A stretch of DNA of 64,000 bases from an uncultured Candidatus Saccharibacteria bacterium (GCA_964566795.1 CAZMIU010000002.1:7965-71964), one strand, 5' to 3'. Shown: positions 28,967-39,205, counted from the stretch's first letter. The notes: generated from the letters alone by a model not told the origin. Program-made: numbers and translations.

Positions 28967-29758
28967 ATGGCTCTCACTATCATGTCGCTTAATGTTGGCC
29001 GGCTTTTGCAGGACCGCACAACTGCATATCTTGAGGCTCTCAATGACGAGAGAGATGCGCCTGACGTGATGTGCATCCAGGATCTGCCCTTTGATGGGTT
29101 GCCGCTTTTGGAGCGCTGGCCGCATGTGACCTTCGCTCCGATGACCAATCACTACATCAACGGTGAGCGTGCTGTGGTGGGTATCGCGATCGCGTCGCGG
29201 TACTTTATGACCGGCATCAAGCACTACACCACGTGGGGTGATGGCTTACTTAAGGATCTCCGTGGGATTAACGAGCATAATCAGCGACATCTCGGCGCTG
29301 AGAGCGACAAGCTCGTCGAGATGACCGAGGACAGAGTGCTTATCTGCGCCCGCGTCACCAAGGACAGAGAGTACGATATCGCCACGACTCACGGCATGTG
29401 GGTTCGCGATGGTGTCGTAAATGACGTGCAACGCAGCTCGACCGCCAAACTTGTGGGTTACTTACGGCACGAAGGGTACGCCCGCAACGGTCTTGTGTTT
29501 GCCGCGGACATGAATATGTCGCACGGCGGCGAGATCTACAACATGCTCACCGGCGTCATGAAAGACTGCATGCCGGCGGACATCGAGACCACGCTCGACC
29601 CTGACCATCCGTACTCCAAGCGCGGTGGCAAGGTTGTGACCGACTGCATCATGACTCACCCGGCGCCGCGCTCTGACCCGTATCGCGTAAGCGATGTGGG
29701 CCTGGTCGCCGGTGTCAGTGACCACCAAGCCCTTATTGCCACTGTCAGCAAGGACTGA
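28967..29758 (+). CDS. endonuclease/exonuclease/phosphatase (EEP) family protein
   Basis: N-terminal SLNVGRL and C-terminal SDHQAL catalytic His motif. Strong AGGAGG Shine-Dalgarno upstream, unlike most neighbours. Followed by an intrinsic terminator. Confidence 0.6.
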   Translation: MALTIMSLNVGRLLQDRTTAYLEALNDERDAPDVMCIQDLPFDGLPLLERWPHVTFAPMTNHYINGERAVVGIAIASRYFMTGIKHYTTWGDGLLKDLRGINEHNQRHLGAESDKLVEMTEDRVLICARVTKDREYDIATTHGMWVRDGVVNDVQRSSTAKLVGYLRHEGYARNGLVFAADMNMSHGGEIYNMLTGVMKDCMPADIETTLDPDHPYSKRGGKVVTDCIMTHPAPRSDPYRVSDVGLVAGVSDHQALIATVSKD

Positions 29759-29768
29759 ACACCTTAAC

Positions 29769-29800
29769 CTCTCCGGCACACGCCGGGGAGTTTTCTTTTT
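29769..29800 (+). terminator. rho-independent terminator (9-bp GC stem ctccggc-acac-gccgggag followed by ttttcttttt)
   Basis: Hairpin plus T-run immediately after the EEP gene stop. Confidence 0.6.
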
Positions 29801-29827
29801 ATATAGGGGCGGGGTAGACTGCCGTAT

Positions 29828-30832
29828 ATGCAGGAGCGCACAATACACAAAGCGGTTACGTTTCGCGCTTCATCAATTGGAGACGCTTTGATGGCTCTCT
29901 ACCTTTTTCAAAATATTAGGAAGGCTAATCCGGAGGCTAAGTGTGCGCTGGTGGTTGCGGGGCGCGGCGCGATGGTTAAAAACCTTTTGCTCGCATACCC
30001 GTGGCTTGAGGTGATTGAGGCCAATCGTAAACGCCCCAAAGCAGTCCTACATTTGCTCAATTCGTATTGGCTCGCAGACATAGTCACTACGCCCTACACT
30101 GCGGGCACGGTGGGGCTGTTTACCAAACTCATGGCGCGCTTTATCGGGCGCAGCCCAGGAGTGATTGGGTTTATCGACAAGTCATCCTGGTCAAAATATT
30201 TTTACGACCATTTAGTGCCCATCTGGGGCCGCGGTACTGCGCCCCGCTTGGCAGAGCAAGCCGCGCTTAAGGCCGCAGGTGTGCCAGTGGGCCAGGAATA
30301 TTTTGAGTATGAGTTTGTGCCGCAGCCGCAGGTGTTTGAGAGGTTGGGGGTAAAGGCGGGGGAGTATATAGTGGTGCACCTCTTTGCCGGCTCACAAACC
30401 CGTGGGTTAGACTCAGAGCACCAACAACAGTTGATTGATGCACTTGTACAAGAGTTCTCAGGCATACAACTCGTCTTTACCGGAACCGACCACGACCACG
30501 GGTTTATAAAAAAGTTAACGCTGCCGGAGCGCACGGTACTTGCCTCCACATCCGTGCAAGAGATGGCGCAGCTGCTTAAGTCGGCCAAAGGAGTGGTCTC
30601 GGTGGGCACGGGCCCGTCGCACATGGCCTCTATCATGCGGGTGCCCACGGTGGTGATCTGCGTGTGCCATGGTGTGCCTTGGTGTGATGAAACGCAGTAT
30701 GGCAACGCACCCGTCAAAGTATTTGCCCGCCCAGACCTGTGCCCGCAGGGCCACAACGCAGAAGGATACGCGCGCTGCATGAACGGGCTTGATATGCACG
30801 AAGTGGCCCGCACTGCAAAGTTCCTTTTTTAG
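29828..30832 (+). CDS. glycosyltransferase family 9 (heptosyltransferase-like)
   Basis: N-terminal FRASSIGDALMALYLFQNIRKANPEAK resembles the RfaC/RfaF/RfaQ ADP-heptose:LPS heptosyltransferase signature. GT-B architecture. 334 aa. Confidence 0.65.
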   Translation: MQERTIHKAVTFRASSIGDALMALYLFQNIRKANPEAKCALVVAGRGAMVKNLLLAYPWLEVIEANRKRPKAVLHLLNSYWLADIVTTPYTAGTVGLFTKLMARFIGRSPGVIGFIDKSSWSKYFYDHLVPIWGRGTAPRLAEQAALKAAGVPVGQEYFEYEFVPQPQVFERLGVKAGEYIVVHLFAGSQTRGLDSEHQQQLIDALVQEFSGIQLVFTGTDHDHGFIKKLTLPERTVLASTSVQEMAQLLKSAKGVVSVGTGPSHMASIMRVPTVVICVCHGVPWCDETQYGNAPVKVFARPDLCPQGHNAEGYARCMNGLDMHEVARTAKFLF

Positions 30833-30894
30833 GCGAAACCAAGGTGCAAAAAGGGTAGTTCTAGAGTATGATAGCCCGGTAAAGGGCTTTATTT

Positions 30895-32223
30895 ATGGCT
30901 AAAAACTCCAAGAACAAGGTTGCATACGTGGGCATGAGCGCCGACCTCGTGCACCCCGGACATCTCAACATTATTAAAGAGGCGGCAAAGCTCGGTGAGG
31001 TCGTGGTGGGCGTACTTACAGACGAGGCCATCGCGTCATACAAGCGCCTGCCGTACATGAGCTACGAGCAGCGCAAGGCGATCGTCGAGAACATTAAAGG
31101 TGTTTCGCGCGTCATCCCGCAAAAGACGCTCGACTACCGCCCCAACCTAAAGAGCCTCAAACCCGACTTTGTCGTACACGGCGACGACTGGAAGTATGGC
31201 GTACAGCAGGAGACGCGCCAACAGGTAATAGACACACTCGCCAAGTGGGGTGGCAAGCTTGTGGAGCCCGCTTACACCAAAAATATTTCCTCCACAGCGC
31301 TCCATAGCGCGCTTAAAGAGGTGGGTACCACGCCAGACCTGCGTCTTAAGCGCCTGCGCCGTTTGCTTGGCGCGAAGTCGCTGGTGCGCGGCATCGAGGT
31401 GCACAACGGCATCACCGGCCTCATTGTCGAGCACGTGTCTGTTAATCGCGAGAATAAAAAAGAGGAGTTTGATTTTATGTGGCTCTCGAGCCTCACCGAC
31501 TCCACCGCGCGCGGCAAGCCGGACACCGAGCTTGTAGACTCTACCACCCGCCTCACGACAATCCACGACGTGCTCGAGGTAAGTACCAAACCATTGGTAT
31601 ATGACGGCGACACCGGCGGGCAGACAGAGCACTTTCCGTATATGGTGCGCACTCTGGAGCGCCTTGGTGTCTCTGCAGTCATTATTGAGGACAAGCAGGG
31701 CCTCAAGAAAAACTCTCTCTTTGGCACTGCGGTAAAGCAGGAGATGGCCGACCCTAAAGCTTTTGCCGAGAAAATTAAGGCGGGCAAAAAAGCGCAGGTC
31801 ACCTCAGACTTTATGATCATTGCGCGTCTTGAGAGCATGATTGCGGGCAAGGGAGTTAAGGACGCACTCAAGCGCGCGCAGATGTATATAGACGCGGGTG
31901 CAGACGGCATCATGGTCCACAGCAAGGAGAAGGACCCCAAGGAGGTCTTGGAGTTCTGCCGCGAGTTTAAGAAGTTTAAAAAGAAGGTACCCCTGGTTGC
32001 CGTGCCCTCTACCTACCACACCATAACCGAGGAGGAGCTTGTTAAGGCCGGCGTCTCTATAGTCATTTACGCCAACCATCTCCTGCGCAGTGCCTATCCG
32101 GCTATGCTCAAGACTGCCGAGACTATCCTCAACCACGGCCGCGCCACCGAGGCACAGGAGCTGTGCATGCCAATCTCCGAGATTCTCACGCTCATAGACC
32201 GCAAAGGCAATGGTGCATCCTAA
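30895..32223 (+). CDS. ppm: bifunctional cytidylyltransferase (HxGH nucleotidyltransferase) + phosphoenolpyruvate mutase, Fom1-like
   Basis: N-terminal [19 protein letters not shown] (HxGH motif, CCT/TagD-like cytidylyltransferase). C-terminal [11 protein letters not shown] and the isocitrate-lyase/PEP-mutase fold (PEP mutase EDK motif). This architecture matches fosfomycin Fom1 (CyTase-PEP mutase). Confidence 0.8.
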   Translation: MAKNSKNKVAYVGMSADLVHPGHLNIIKEAAKLGEVVVGVLTDEAIASYKRLPYMSYEQRKAIVENIKGVSRVIPQKTLDYRPNLKSLKPDFVVHGDDWKYGVQQETRQQVIDTLAKWGGKLVEPAYTKNISSTALHSALKEVGTTPDLRLKRLRRLLGAKSLVRGIEVHNGITGLIVEHVSVNRENKKEEFDFMWLSSLTDSTARGKPDTELVDSTTRLTTIHDVLEVSTKPLVYDGDTGGQTEHFPYMVRTLERLGVSAVIIEDKQGLKKNSLFGTAVKQEMADPKAFAEKIKAGKKAQVTSDFMIIARLESMIAGKGVKDALKRAQMYIDAGADGIMVHSKEKDPKEVLEFCREFKKFKKKVPLVAVPSTYHTITEEELVKAGVSIVIYANHLLRSAYPAMLKTAETILNHGRATEAQELCMPISEILTLIDRKGNGAS

Positions 32224-33310
32224 AGCATTTATAGACTCGCTTAGTGCCGCGGGCGTCGACTACTTTGTGGGCGTGCCAGACTCGCTGCTTAAGGACGTAC
32301 TCTCCTACATTGATGAGGTGGTGCCGTGCGAGCGTCATATTATTGCGGCTAACGAGGGCAACGCGATAGGTATTGCCACAGGCTATAACCTTGCCACAGG
32401 TAAGGTGCCGTGCGTGTACCTGCAAAACTCAGGGCTGGGCAATGCAGTTAACCCGCTCGCCTCGCTCGCAGACCAAGAGGTGTACTCAATCCCGATGCTG
32501 CTTGTGATTGGCTGGCGCGGCGAGCCCGATACGCACGATGAGCCCCAGCACAAAAAGCAGGGTCGCATCACGCCGGCGCTCCTTGATACGCTCGAGATCC
32601 CGTACACCACCGACCTTGCCAAGGTGGGGGAGATGGTCGAGTTTGCGGTTAAGGATAGTTCGCCCGTGGCACTGTTGGTACAGGCCGGCAGCTTTGAGGC
32701 GTACAAGGGCAAGGTGCCGACCTCGCTCCTTAGTTGTACGCGCGAGGCCGCAATAGAGGAGATTGTCGCGGCTATAGAGCCCAGTGCCATTGTGGTGAGC
32801 ACCACCGGCAAGATATCGCGCGAGCTCTACGAGGTGCGCGGGCGCCGCGGCGAGAGTATGCGCGACTTTTTGACCGTGGGCTCGATGGGCCACGCCAACC
32901 AGATTGCGCTTGGCATTGCCACGCAAAAGCCAGACAGGCCGGTGTACTGCATAGACGGCGACGGCGCCACGCTCATGCACCTGGGCGGGCTCGCCACCGT
33001 AGGCTGGGTCGCACCCAAAAACTACAAGCACATTGTGCTTAACAACTTGGCGCACGAGTCGGTGGGCGGGCAACCCTCTGCCGCGGGTGTAGCCAACATC
33101 CCTGCTGCAGCCCAAGCACTTGGTTATGTGTCGGCCACAAGTGTCGACACCAAAGAGGCTATCGCGCCTGCCGTAAAGGCGATGGGCGAGGGCCCCGCAT
33201 TTTTGGAAATTAAGGTGAACCTGGAGTCGCGCAAAGATCTTGTGCGCCCCAAAGAGACACCGCTTGAGAATAAGCAGGCATTTAAGGAGTATCTCGATGG
33301 CACAAACTAG
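32210..33310 (+). CDS. ppd: phosphonopyruvate decarboxylase (TPP-dependent)
   Basis: 366 aa. Split TPP-enzyme layout with [19 protein letters not shown]-binding motif. Lies immediately downstream of the PEP mutase, as in all C-P biosynthetic clusters. Confidence 0.8.
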   Translation: MVHPKAFIDSLSAAGVDYFVGVPDSLLKDVLSYIDEVVPCERHIIAANEGNAIGIATGYNLATGKVPCVYLQNSGLGNAVNPLASLADQEVYSIPMLLVIGWRGEPDTHDEPQHKKQGRITPALLDTLEIPYTTDLAKVGEMVEFAVKDSSPVALLVQAGSFEAYKGKVPTSLLSCTREAAIEEIVAAIEPSAIVVSTTGKISRELYEVRGRRGESMRDFLTVGSMGHANQIALGIATQKPDRPVYCIDGDGATLMHLGGLATVGWVAPKNYKHIVLNNLAHESVGGQPSAAGVANIPAAAQALGYVSATSVDTKEAIAPAVKAMGEGPAFLEIKVNLESRKDLVRPKETPLENKQAFKEYLDGTN

Positions 33311-34286
33311 CTACATAGGAGAGGGTACATTGCACAAGATTACCGACATCGTGCGCGAGCTTGGTGTGCACAAAGTACTGCTTGTCGCGGGTGCGCACTC
33401 CTACGCGGCCTCCGGTGCTAAGGCATATCTTGATGAGGCGCTTAAGGATGTAGAGGTGAGGATGTACAGCGACTTCCATGCTGTCTTGGAGGACGAGGAT
33501 GTACAAAAGGGCATCGCGGTGCAAAACGAGTTCAAGCCCGACATTGTAGTGGCCGTTGGTGGCGGGCATGTGATGGACGCAGGCAAGGCTATTAACTACT
33601 ACGCAACGCGTGTGCCGGTTGTGGCGGTGCCCACTACCGCAGGCTCGGGGGCAGAGGCCACACCGTTTGCCGTCATTTATAAAAACGGCATTAAGACCTC
33701 GCTTGAGGGCCCTGAGGTGTTGCCCGCCTATGCTACTGTTGACCCTGCTTTAAACAATGCGCCGCGTGGTGTGATGCTCTCGGCTGGGCTTGATGCCTTG
33801 TGCCAGGCGATAGAGTCTTGTTGGGCGCGCGGCGGCAGTGATGAGTCACGCGAGTATGCCACGCAGGCGCTCAAGCTTGGTTGGCCCGCTTTAGAGAAGG
33901 CGCTCATTGGAGACAAAGACGCACGCGCCGACATGAGCATCGCTGCGCATCTGGCGGGCAAGGCTATAGCGATCTCTAAAACCACCGCATGCCACGCACT
34001 GTCCTACGGGCTTACCTACAAGTTTGGCGTGCCGCATGGTTTGGCGGTGGCACTTACAATGCCCGCTGTGATGCGCCACAATGCTGTAGCCTTGCCGCAG
34101 GGCATTACGCCCGAGGCGTTTGAGGATCTACTAAAACGCACAGAGGCACCAACCCTTAAGAGTTTTGGTGTAACACCCGAGGCTGTCGATGTGCTTGCAG
34201 GAGAGGTAGACCCGGAGCGCCTGAGCAACAACCCCAAGCCCCTGACGAAAGAGGATATTATTGCTATATATACGAGTGTTATCTAA
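33297..34286 (+). CDS. iron-containing alcohol dehydrogenase, candidate phosphonoacetaldehyde reductase (FomC/PhpC-like) producing 2-hydroxyethylphosphonate
   Basis: VAVGGGHVMDAGKA and downstream His motifs of the Fe-ADH family. Genomic context lies after ppm and ppd. Confidence 0.7.
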   Translation: MAQTSYIGEGTLHKITDIVRELGVHKVLLVAGAHSYAASGAKAYLDEALKDVEVRMYSDFHAVLEDEDVQKGIAVQNEFKPDIVVAVGGGHVMDAGKAINYYATRVPVVAVPTTAGSGAEATPFAVIYKNGIKTSLEGPEVLPAYATVDPALNNAPRGVMLSAGLDALCQAIESCWARGGSDESREYATQALKLGWPALEKALIGDKDARADMSIAAHLAGKAIAISKTTACHALSYGLTYKFGVPHGLAVALTMPAVMRHNAVALPQGITPEAFEDLLKRTEAPTLKSFGVTPEAVDVLAGEVDPERLSNNPKPLTKEDIIAIYTSVI

Positions 34287-34290
34287 CTGT

Positions 34291-35109
34291 ATGGAATCTA
34301 TTAAGGACCTGCGCGAGCGCCTCCAAAAAAACCAGCTGGGCCACCCCATATTGCAACGCGTGCTGTCTATCTATATAACGCGCGCCATCTTGGCTACTAG
34401 TATTACTGCCAACCAGGTAACGGCTGTGATGCTCCTGGTCGGTCTGGCGAGCGCCATCCCGCTCTTTATGGGCTATATCTGGACCGGCCTCGCGCTCTCG
34501 TACTTGTGCATCTTGCTCGACGCCTCTGACGGAGAGGTGGCACGCTACCGCAAGTCCTACTCGCTCAAGGGCATTTACCTAGACCTGATCAACCATCTGG
34601 CGATACAGGCATGGTTTTTCCTGGGGCTGGGCTACGCTATCGCGCAGTATCAGAGTGGGTACATGTACACCGTAGTACTTGTGGCCGCTATGGTGGGTGC
34701 GCTCTCGTTCCCGCTCAGGCGCGCCAACGGCGACCTGCACCGCGAGATATATGTGCACCACTACACCTCGCACCCCGAGCGCTTTACCTTGCCGCATATC
34801 CCACACAAAGAAGAGGGCAAGGAGGAGGCTAAACCGCGTCTGGGTCTTGTGGGGTTAATCAAAAAAGCAATCTACTACAGCGAGTACCATGCGATTATGC
34901 TTGTCATACTTGTACTGGCACTCCTTCTGGAGATGGCGCTCAACCTTGTAACGCACCCGATTGTGGCATGGCTCATTATTATCTACGCTGCCGTGTCCTG
35001 CCTCTACCTTATTAAAGAAATAGTCCAGGGCTATAAAGACATGGAGCGCCGCGTTGCAGACACTGATGCAAGGCTAAAGGCTACCTACCTCCATGGACCG
35101 CAAGGATAA
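34291..35109 (+). CDS. CDP-alcohol phosphatidyltransferase-family membrane enzyme
   Basis: DASDGEVARYRKSYSLKGIYLDLINH corresponds to DG-x2-AR-x8-G-x3-D-x3-(D to H). Multiple TM helices. Confidence 0.6.
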   Translation: MESIKDLRERLQKNQLGHPILQRVLSIYITRAILATSITANQVTAVMLLVGLASAIPLFMGYIWTGLALSYLCILLDASDGEVARYRKSYSLKGIYLDLINHLAIQAWFFLGLGYAIAQYQSGYMYTVVLVAAMVGALSFPLRRANGDLHREIYVHHYTSHPERFTLPHIPHKEEGKEEAKPRLGLVGLIKKAIYYSEYHAIMLVILVLALLLEMALNLVTHPIVAWLIIIYAAVSCLYLIKEIVQGYKDMERRVADTDARLKATYLHGPQG

Positions 35110-37486
35110 CTACCTGCTGTTTGTATACGAAGCGGCGCAGATACCCGCGCTCTTGGAGCGTATGGCGGGCGGGGAGTGTACGGTTGTGGCACTCGACCGC
35201 GAGGTGGAGCTCGACTTGGATAAGGCGGGCGTTGCCTACACCTCAATTACGACTATTGCCAAGGCTCCCATAGATAACCGCGAGGTTGTGGAGTGGACGC
35301 GCCGTCTGGCGCTCTGGTACAAAGCGCCGGAGGTTTCTTTTTTAAACCACGACGGCATTCTTTTAGGCGAGCAGTACGAGGTGGCAACGCTCTACTACCT
35401 GCAGGCCTGCGTGTACTACATGGCACTCATGCAGGGCGCGCTCGCGCATTTCTCCGACATTAAGAAGGTAGTGATACCTGCGACATATTTGCAGGTGCCA
35501 CCCACCGCCGACCCAACCGCGCGGCATAAAGAAAACTTGCCCGTGGATACGCTGAGGCTTGTGGCGGCACATATGGGGCGCGTGTGTGAGGTGTTAGAGG
35601 CACCGTTTGCTGAAGTGGCCAAGAGCCGTGCCGCTGCCATACGCCGCAGTATCAGCGCCGCGGTAGTGCATATAGTATTTGCGGTACTCAACAGTGTCAT
35701 GGCACAGAGAACGGGCCAGAAGCCCGTGCGCCTCTTTGCTACAGACCCATGGGCGCGCATCGAGCCTTTTGTTAAAGATATGAACGATATCGAGCTTGTG
35801 ATGAGCCGGCGCGCAGAGGCACGGCCTATGGGTGTGGGGGCTATATGGCGCACGCGTGCACGCTTCCACCACAGGCTCGACTTTGCCGACCGCACACTGG
35901 CAAAGAAAGTCGCAGAGGCACTTGCCACACGCTGGCAGGCAGTGCGCGAGGCGCCTGCACTCTCCAAAGAGTTTACGTATCAGGGTGTATCGTTTTGGCC
36001 TATCGCACGGGGGATGTTTGACGACATTGTGGCGCGTGCAGAGGACGATGTGGCGACTATAGAAAGTACTAAGCGTATGTTTACAAAGTACGCGATAAAC
36101 GCTGTGCTCTTGTTTGCCTCCACCAAGGGGTACAACCTGGTGCTCGCGCGCGTGGCCGAGCAGATGGGCATACCATCTGTAGAGAATGAGCACGCCCTGG
36201 TAAACGACGACAAAACGGTAGTGCACTGCCGGCTTAACAGCACGTATTTGGCCTCGTATGGCCCGCTTATTAACGGCATGTATGAGTCGTGGGGTGTTGA
36301 GCCGTGGCGGCTCGTGTCTGTAGGCTCCCCGCGCTTTGATGAGCATGCCCGACCGCCCAAAGAAGAGCAGGTTGAGGCACTGCGCAAGAAACTTAATCTG
36401 CCCCAGGATAAACCGGTGCTCTTGTACGGCATGCAGTTCCCGTATCTCTCGCTGGAGTACGGCAACTTTACGAGCAAGGAGGTGTGGGACATTATGCGTG
36501 ACACCGCGGCTGTGCAAAAAGACCTGGAGCTCCATATAATTCTGCGACCGCGCCCGGGGCAGTGGCGTTTTAATTTTTATAACCGTCCAGAGACTCTGGC
36601 TCTGTTTGAGGACTACTCCATGGCCCAGTTTGATAGTCTTAAAAACCTCTTTGCGCTCAGCGACATCGTGCTCACAGGAGGCTCTACGGTTATCCTTGAG
36701 GCGCTACTCATGCACAAACCTGTTGTGGTGTACCTGCCGCACATGCTCGATAATGACTGGCGCCGCTTTGAGGAAGCGGGCGCAGTGCGCATTGCCCGCA
36801 CACCGGGGGAGCTGCATCAGCACCTCAGCGAGCTTATAAGTGCGGATGCGCGCGTGGCTCAGGTGGAGCGTGCAGACGCATTTGTTGAGAAAGAGTTTTT
36901 AAACGACGGGCAGGCAGCCAGGCGTATGGCAGCGCTCCTTCGCCGTGTCACCATGGGCACACTGCGCGGTACCCAGGTAGACCTCGAGCCGCTCTCTGAG
37001 GCACACGCGAGCGAAAAGTACGCCTCGTGGTTTAACAACAAAGAGACCACCAAGCACACGCGTCATGGTGCCCGCACCATGACACTTAAAGACGTTAAAG
37101 AGTATGCGGCAGCCGCGCACACAAACCCGCACGACGCTGTGTTTGCCATGAAGGCCAAAGACGGCACGCATATCGGCAACATCAGCCTTTTGCATATCAA
37201 CTACACAAAGGGTGAGGCCGAGTACGCTATCATGCTTGGTGAGACGGGTTTTGGCGGCAAAGGTATAGCCACTGAAGCGAGCCGTCTTTTACTTTCGTTT
37301 GGGTTTAATAAGCTGGGGCTCAGGCGCATATACTGCGGCACATCTGTCGGCAATGTGCCCATGCAACGTCTGGCCGAACGTACTGGTTTTACACAGACGG
37401 GTACTAAGTCCGGGGTCGAGTTCCGCCCCGGGGAGTATCACGAGGTGTTGGAGTACTCGCTTGAGAGTGCCCACTTTATATCATGA
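35093..37486 (+). CDS. TagB/TagF-like CDP-alcohol glycerophosphotransferase-family domain fused to a C-terminal GNAT N-acetyltransferase domain
   Basis: LFALSDIVLTGGSTVILEALLMHKPVVVYL resembles the TagF C-terminal motif. The final roughly 170 aa, NISLLHINYTKGEAEYAIMLGETGFGGKGIATEASRLLLSFGFNKLGLRRIY, is a clear GNAT fold. Confidence 0.55.
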   Translation: MDRKDNYLLFVYEAAQIPALLERMAGGECTVVALDREVELDLDKAGVAYTSITTIAKAPIDNREVVEWTRRLALWYKAPEVSFLNHDGILLGEQYEVATLYYLQACVYYMALMQGALAHFSDIKKVVIPATYLQVPPTADPTARHKENLPVDTLRLVAAHMGRVCEVLEAPFAEVAKSRAAAIRRSISAAVVHIVFAVLNSVMAQRTGQKPVRLFATDPWARIEPFVKDMNDIELVMSRRAEARPMGVGAIWRTRARFHHRLDFADRTLAKKVAEALATRWQAVREAPALSKEFTYQGVSFWPIARGMFDDIVARAEDDVATIESTKRMFTKYAINAVLLFASTKGYNLVLARVAEQMGIPSVENEHALVNDDKTVVHCRLNSTYLASYGPLINGMYESWGVEPWRLVSVGSPRFDEHARPPKEEQVEALRKKLNLPQDKPVLLYGMQFPYLSLEYGNFTSKEVWDIMRDTAAVQKDLELHIILRPRPGQWRFNFYNRPETLALFEDYSMAQFDSLKNLFALSDIVLTGGSTVILEALLMHKPVVVYLPHMLDNDWRRFEEAGAVRIARTPGELHQHLSELISADARVAQVERADAFVEKEFLNDGQAARRMAALLRRVTMGTLRGTQVDLEPLSEAHASEKYASWFNNKETTKHTRHGARTMTLKDVKEYAAAAHTNPHDAVFAMKAKDGTHIGNISLLHINYTKGEAEYAIMLGETGFGGKGIATEASRLLLSFGFNKLGLRRIYCGTSVGNVPMQRLAERTGFTQTGTKSGVEFRPGEYHEVLEYSLESAHFIS

Positions 37487-38595
37487 ATTACTGCACACGC
37501 TGCGTACAACCGGACACCCGCCCCAACATCCGCTTTGACAAAGAGGGTGTGTGCCCTGCGTGCAGATATATGGAGGGCCTGCCCTCTGTAGACTGGGACG
37601 CGCGCCAGAAAGTATTGCGTGAGCTTGTAGAAAAGACACAGGTTAACAATCACTCGGGCTACGACTGCCTTATTGGTGTGTCGGGCGGCAAAGACAGCAC
37701 ACGCCAGGCTATGTATGCGCGCGATGTGCTGGGGCTTAAGCCTCTTTTGGTGTGCTGCACGTATCCGCCGGAGCAGTTAACCGAGCGGGGTGCACATAAC
37801 CTCTCCAACCTGATCTCTTTAGGCTTTGACACCATCGTGGTGCACCCGGATCCGCAGGTCTGGAAGAAGCTTATGCGCCGCGGATTTTTGGAGCATGGCA
37901 ACTGGGCCAAGTCGACAGAGACAGCGCTCTACGCCACGATCCCGCGCCTTGGCATTGCCTATCAGGTACCTCTGGCGTTTTTGGGTGAGAACCCGGCCAC
38001 GCACTTTGGCGAGCTGGGCACGGGCTCCTTAACGTGGGATGCCAACCAGTTTAAGAACACCAACACGATCAAGGGCGGGCACTCCATATGGGTAGACAAA
38101 GATGTGTCTCTCAAACAATTGGTGCCGTATCAGTTCCCGACAGATGAGGAGATGGAGATGGCAAACATCCAGGTGGCGTACCTGGGCTACTTTATGAGCG
38201 ACTTTACCAAGTTTGATAACGGCAAGTTTGCCGTAGAGCATGGGCTTGATGTGCGCACCGACACGCCCGAGGAGCGCGGGGCGCTGCACCCGTTTGAGTC
38301 TCTGGATGAGGACTTTGTAATCGTCAACCAGATGATCAAGTATTTTAAGTTTGGCTTTGGCAAAGTGACAGATGAGGTGTGCGAGCTTATACGCTGGGGC
38401 CACATGACACGCGAGGAGGGCTTTGAGCTGGTAAGAAAGTATGACGGTAAGTGCTCGCCGGGCTATATCAAGCGCTTTTGTGACTACATCGATATAAGCG
38501 AGGAAAAGTTCTGGGAGGTTGCGGAGTCGTACCGCAATAAAGACCTGTTTGAGAACGTGGGAGGGGAGTGGAAGCTGAAATCTCTGTATGCCTAA
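37483..38595 (+). CDS. N-acetyl sugar amidotransferase (PseA/WbuX family; zinc ribbon + PP-loop ATP pyrophosphatase)
   Basis: CTRCV...CPAC zinc ribbon and canonical PP-loop SGGKDS. Confidence 0.8.
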   Translation: MNYCTRCVQPDTRPNIRFDKEGVCPACRYMEGLPSVDWDARQKVLRELVEKTQVNNHSGYDCLIGVSGGKDSTRQAMYARDVLGLKPLLVCCTYPPEQLTERGAHNLSNLISLGFDTIVVHPDPQVWKKLMRRGFLEHGNWAKSTETALYATIPRLGIAYQVPLAFLGENPATHFGELGTGSLTWDANQFKNTNTIKGGHSIWVDKDVSLKQLVPYQFPTDEEMEMANIQVAYLGYFMSDFTKFDNGKFAVEHGLDVRTDTPEERGALHPFESLDEDFVIVNQMIKYFKFGFGKVTDEVCELIRWGHMTREEGFELVRKYDGKCSPGYIKRFCDYIDISEEKFWEVAESYRNKDLFENVGGEWKLKSLYA

Positions 38596-39205
38596 TATAG
38601 ATGTATTGGTTATAGATTATGGCGTTGGCAATGTGACCTCGGTTACTAATGCGCTTGAGCGCCTGGGGTACCGCTACGCGGTCTCCTCTGACCCCACGGC
38701 GATTGCGCAGGCGCCCCGCTTTGTACTCCCGGGTGTGGGGGCGTTTGCTGAGGCGATGAAGAACCTACAGAGCCGCGGGCTTGTAGAGCATTTGCGCCGC
38801 GAGGTACTAGACAACAAAAAGCCGCTGCTTGGGATTTGTCTTGGCATGCAGGTATTGGCAGAGTCATCAAATGAAGGGGGCGAACACAAAGGCCTCGGAT
38901 TTATCCCGGGCAGGGTCACAAAGATTGAGGGTAGCGTGCGCGTGCCGCACGTGGGCTGGGAGGCGCTCGAGGTTGGCACAAAAGAGCCGCTGTTTGCACG
39001 CGTACCGGAGGGTGCGGAGTTTTACTTTGACCACAGCTACCACTTTGAGACCGCGCCGGAGTTTGTGGCGGCCACTGCCCCCTATGGCACAGGAATTGTG
39101 GCAGCTGTACAGAGCAACCACATATACGGTGTGCAGTTCCATCCGGAAAAAAGCCATCTCAGTGGCCTAAGGCTCATTAAAGGGTTTATGGAGCATCACG
39201 TATGA
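38588..39205 (+). CDS. HisH-like class I glutamine amidotransferase (WbuY-like)
   Basis: LGICLGMQVL catalytic Cys and C-terminal HxE (VQFHPE). Confidence 0.85.
   Translation: MPNIDVLVIDYGVGNVTSVTNALERLGYRYAVSSDPTAIAQAPRFVLPGVGAFAEAMKNLQSRGLVEHLRREVLDNKKPLLGICLGMQVLAESSNEGGEHKGLGFIPGRVTKIEGSVRVPHVGWEALEVGTKEPLFARVPEGAEFYFDHSYHFETAPEFVAATAPYGTGIVAAVQSNHIYGVQFHPEKSHLSGLRLIKGFMEHHV

Noticed and set aside
30872-30893. Hairpin agccc-ggtaaa-gggct + ttattt immediately before the ppm start
   Set aside because: The stem is only 5 bp and the T-run overlaps the ATG. It cannot be distinguished from a chance structure or an RBS-occluding element without data.
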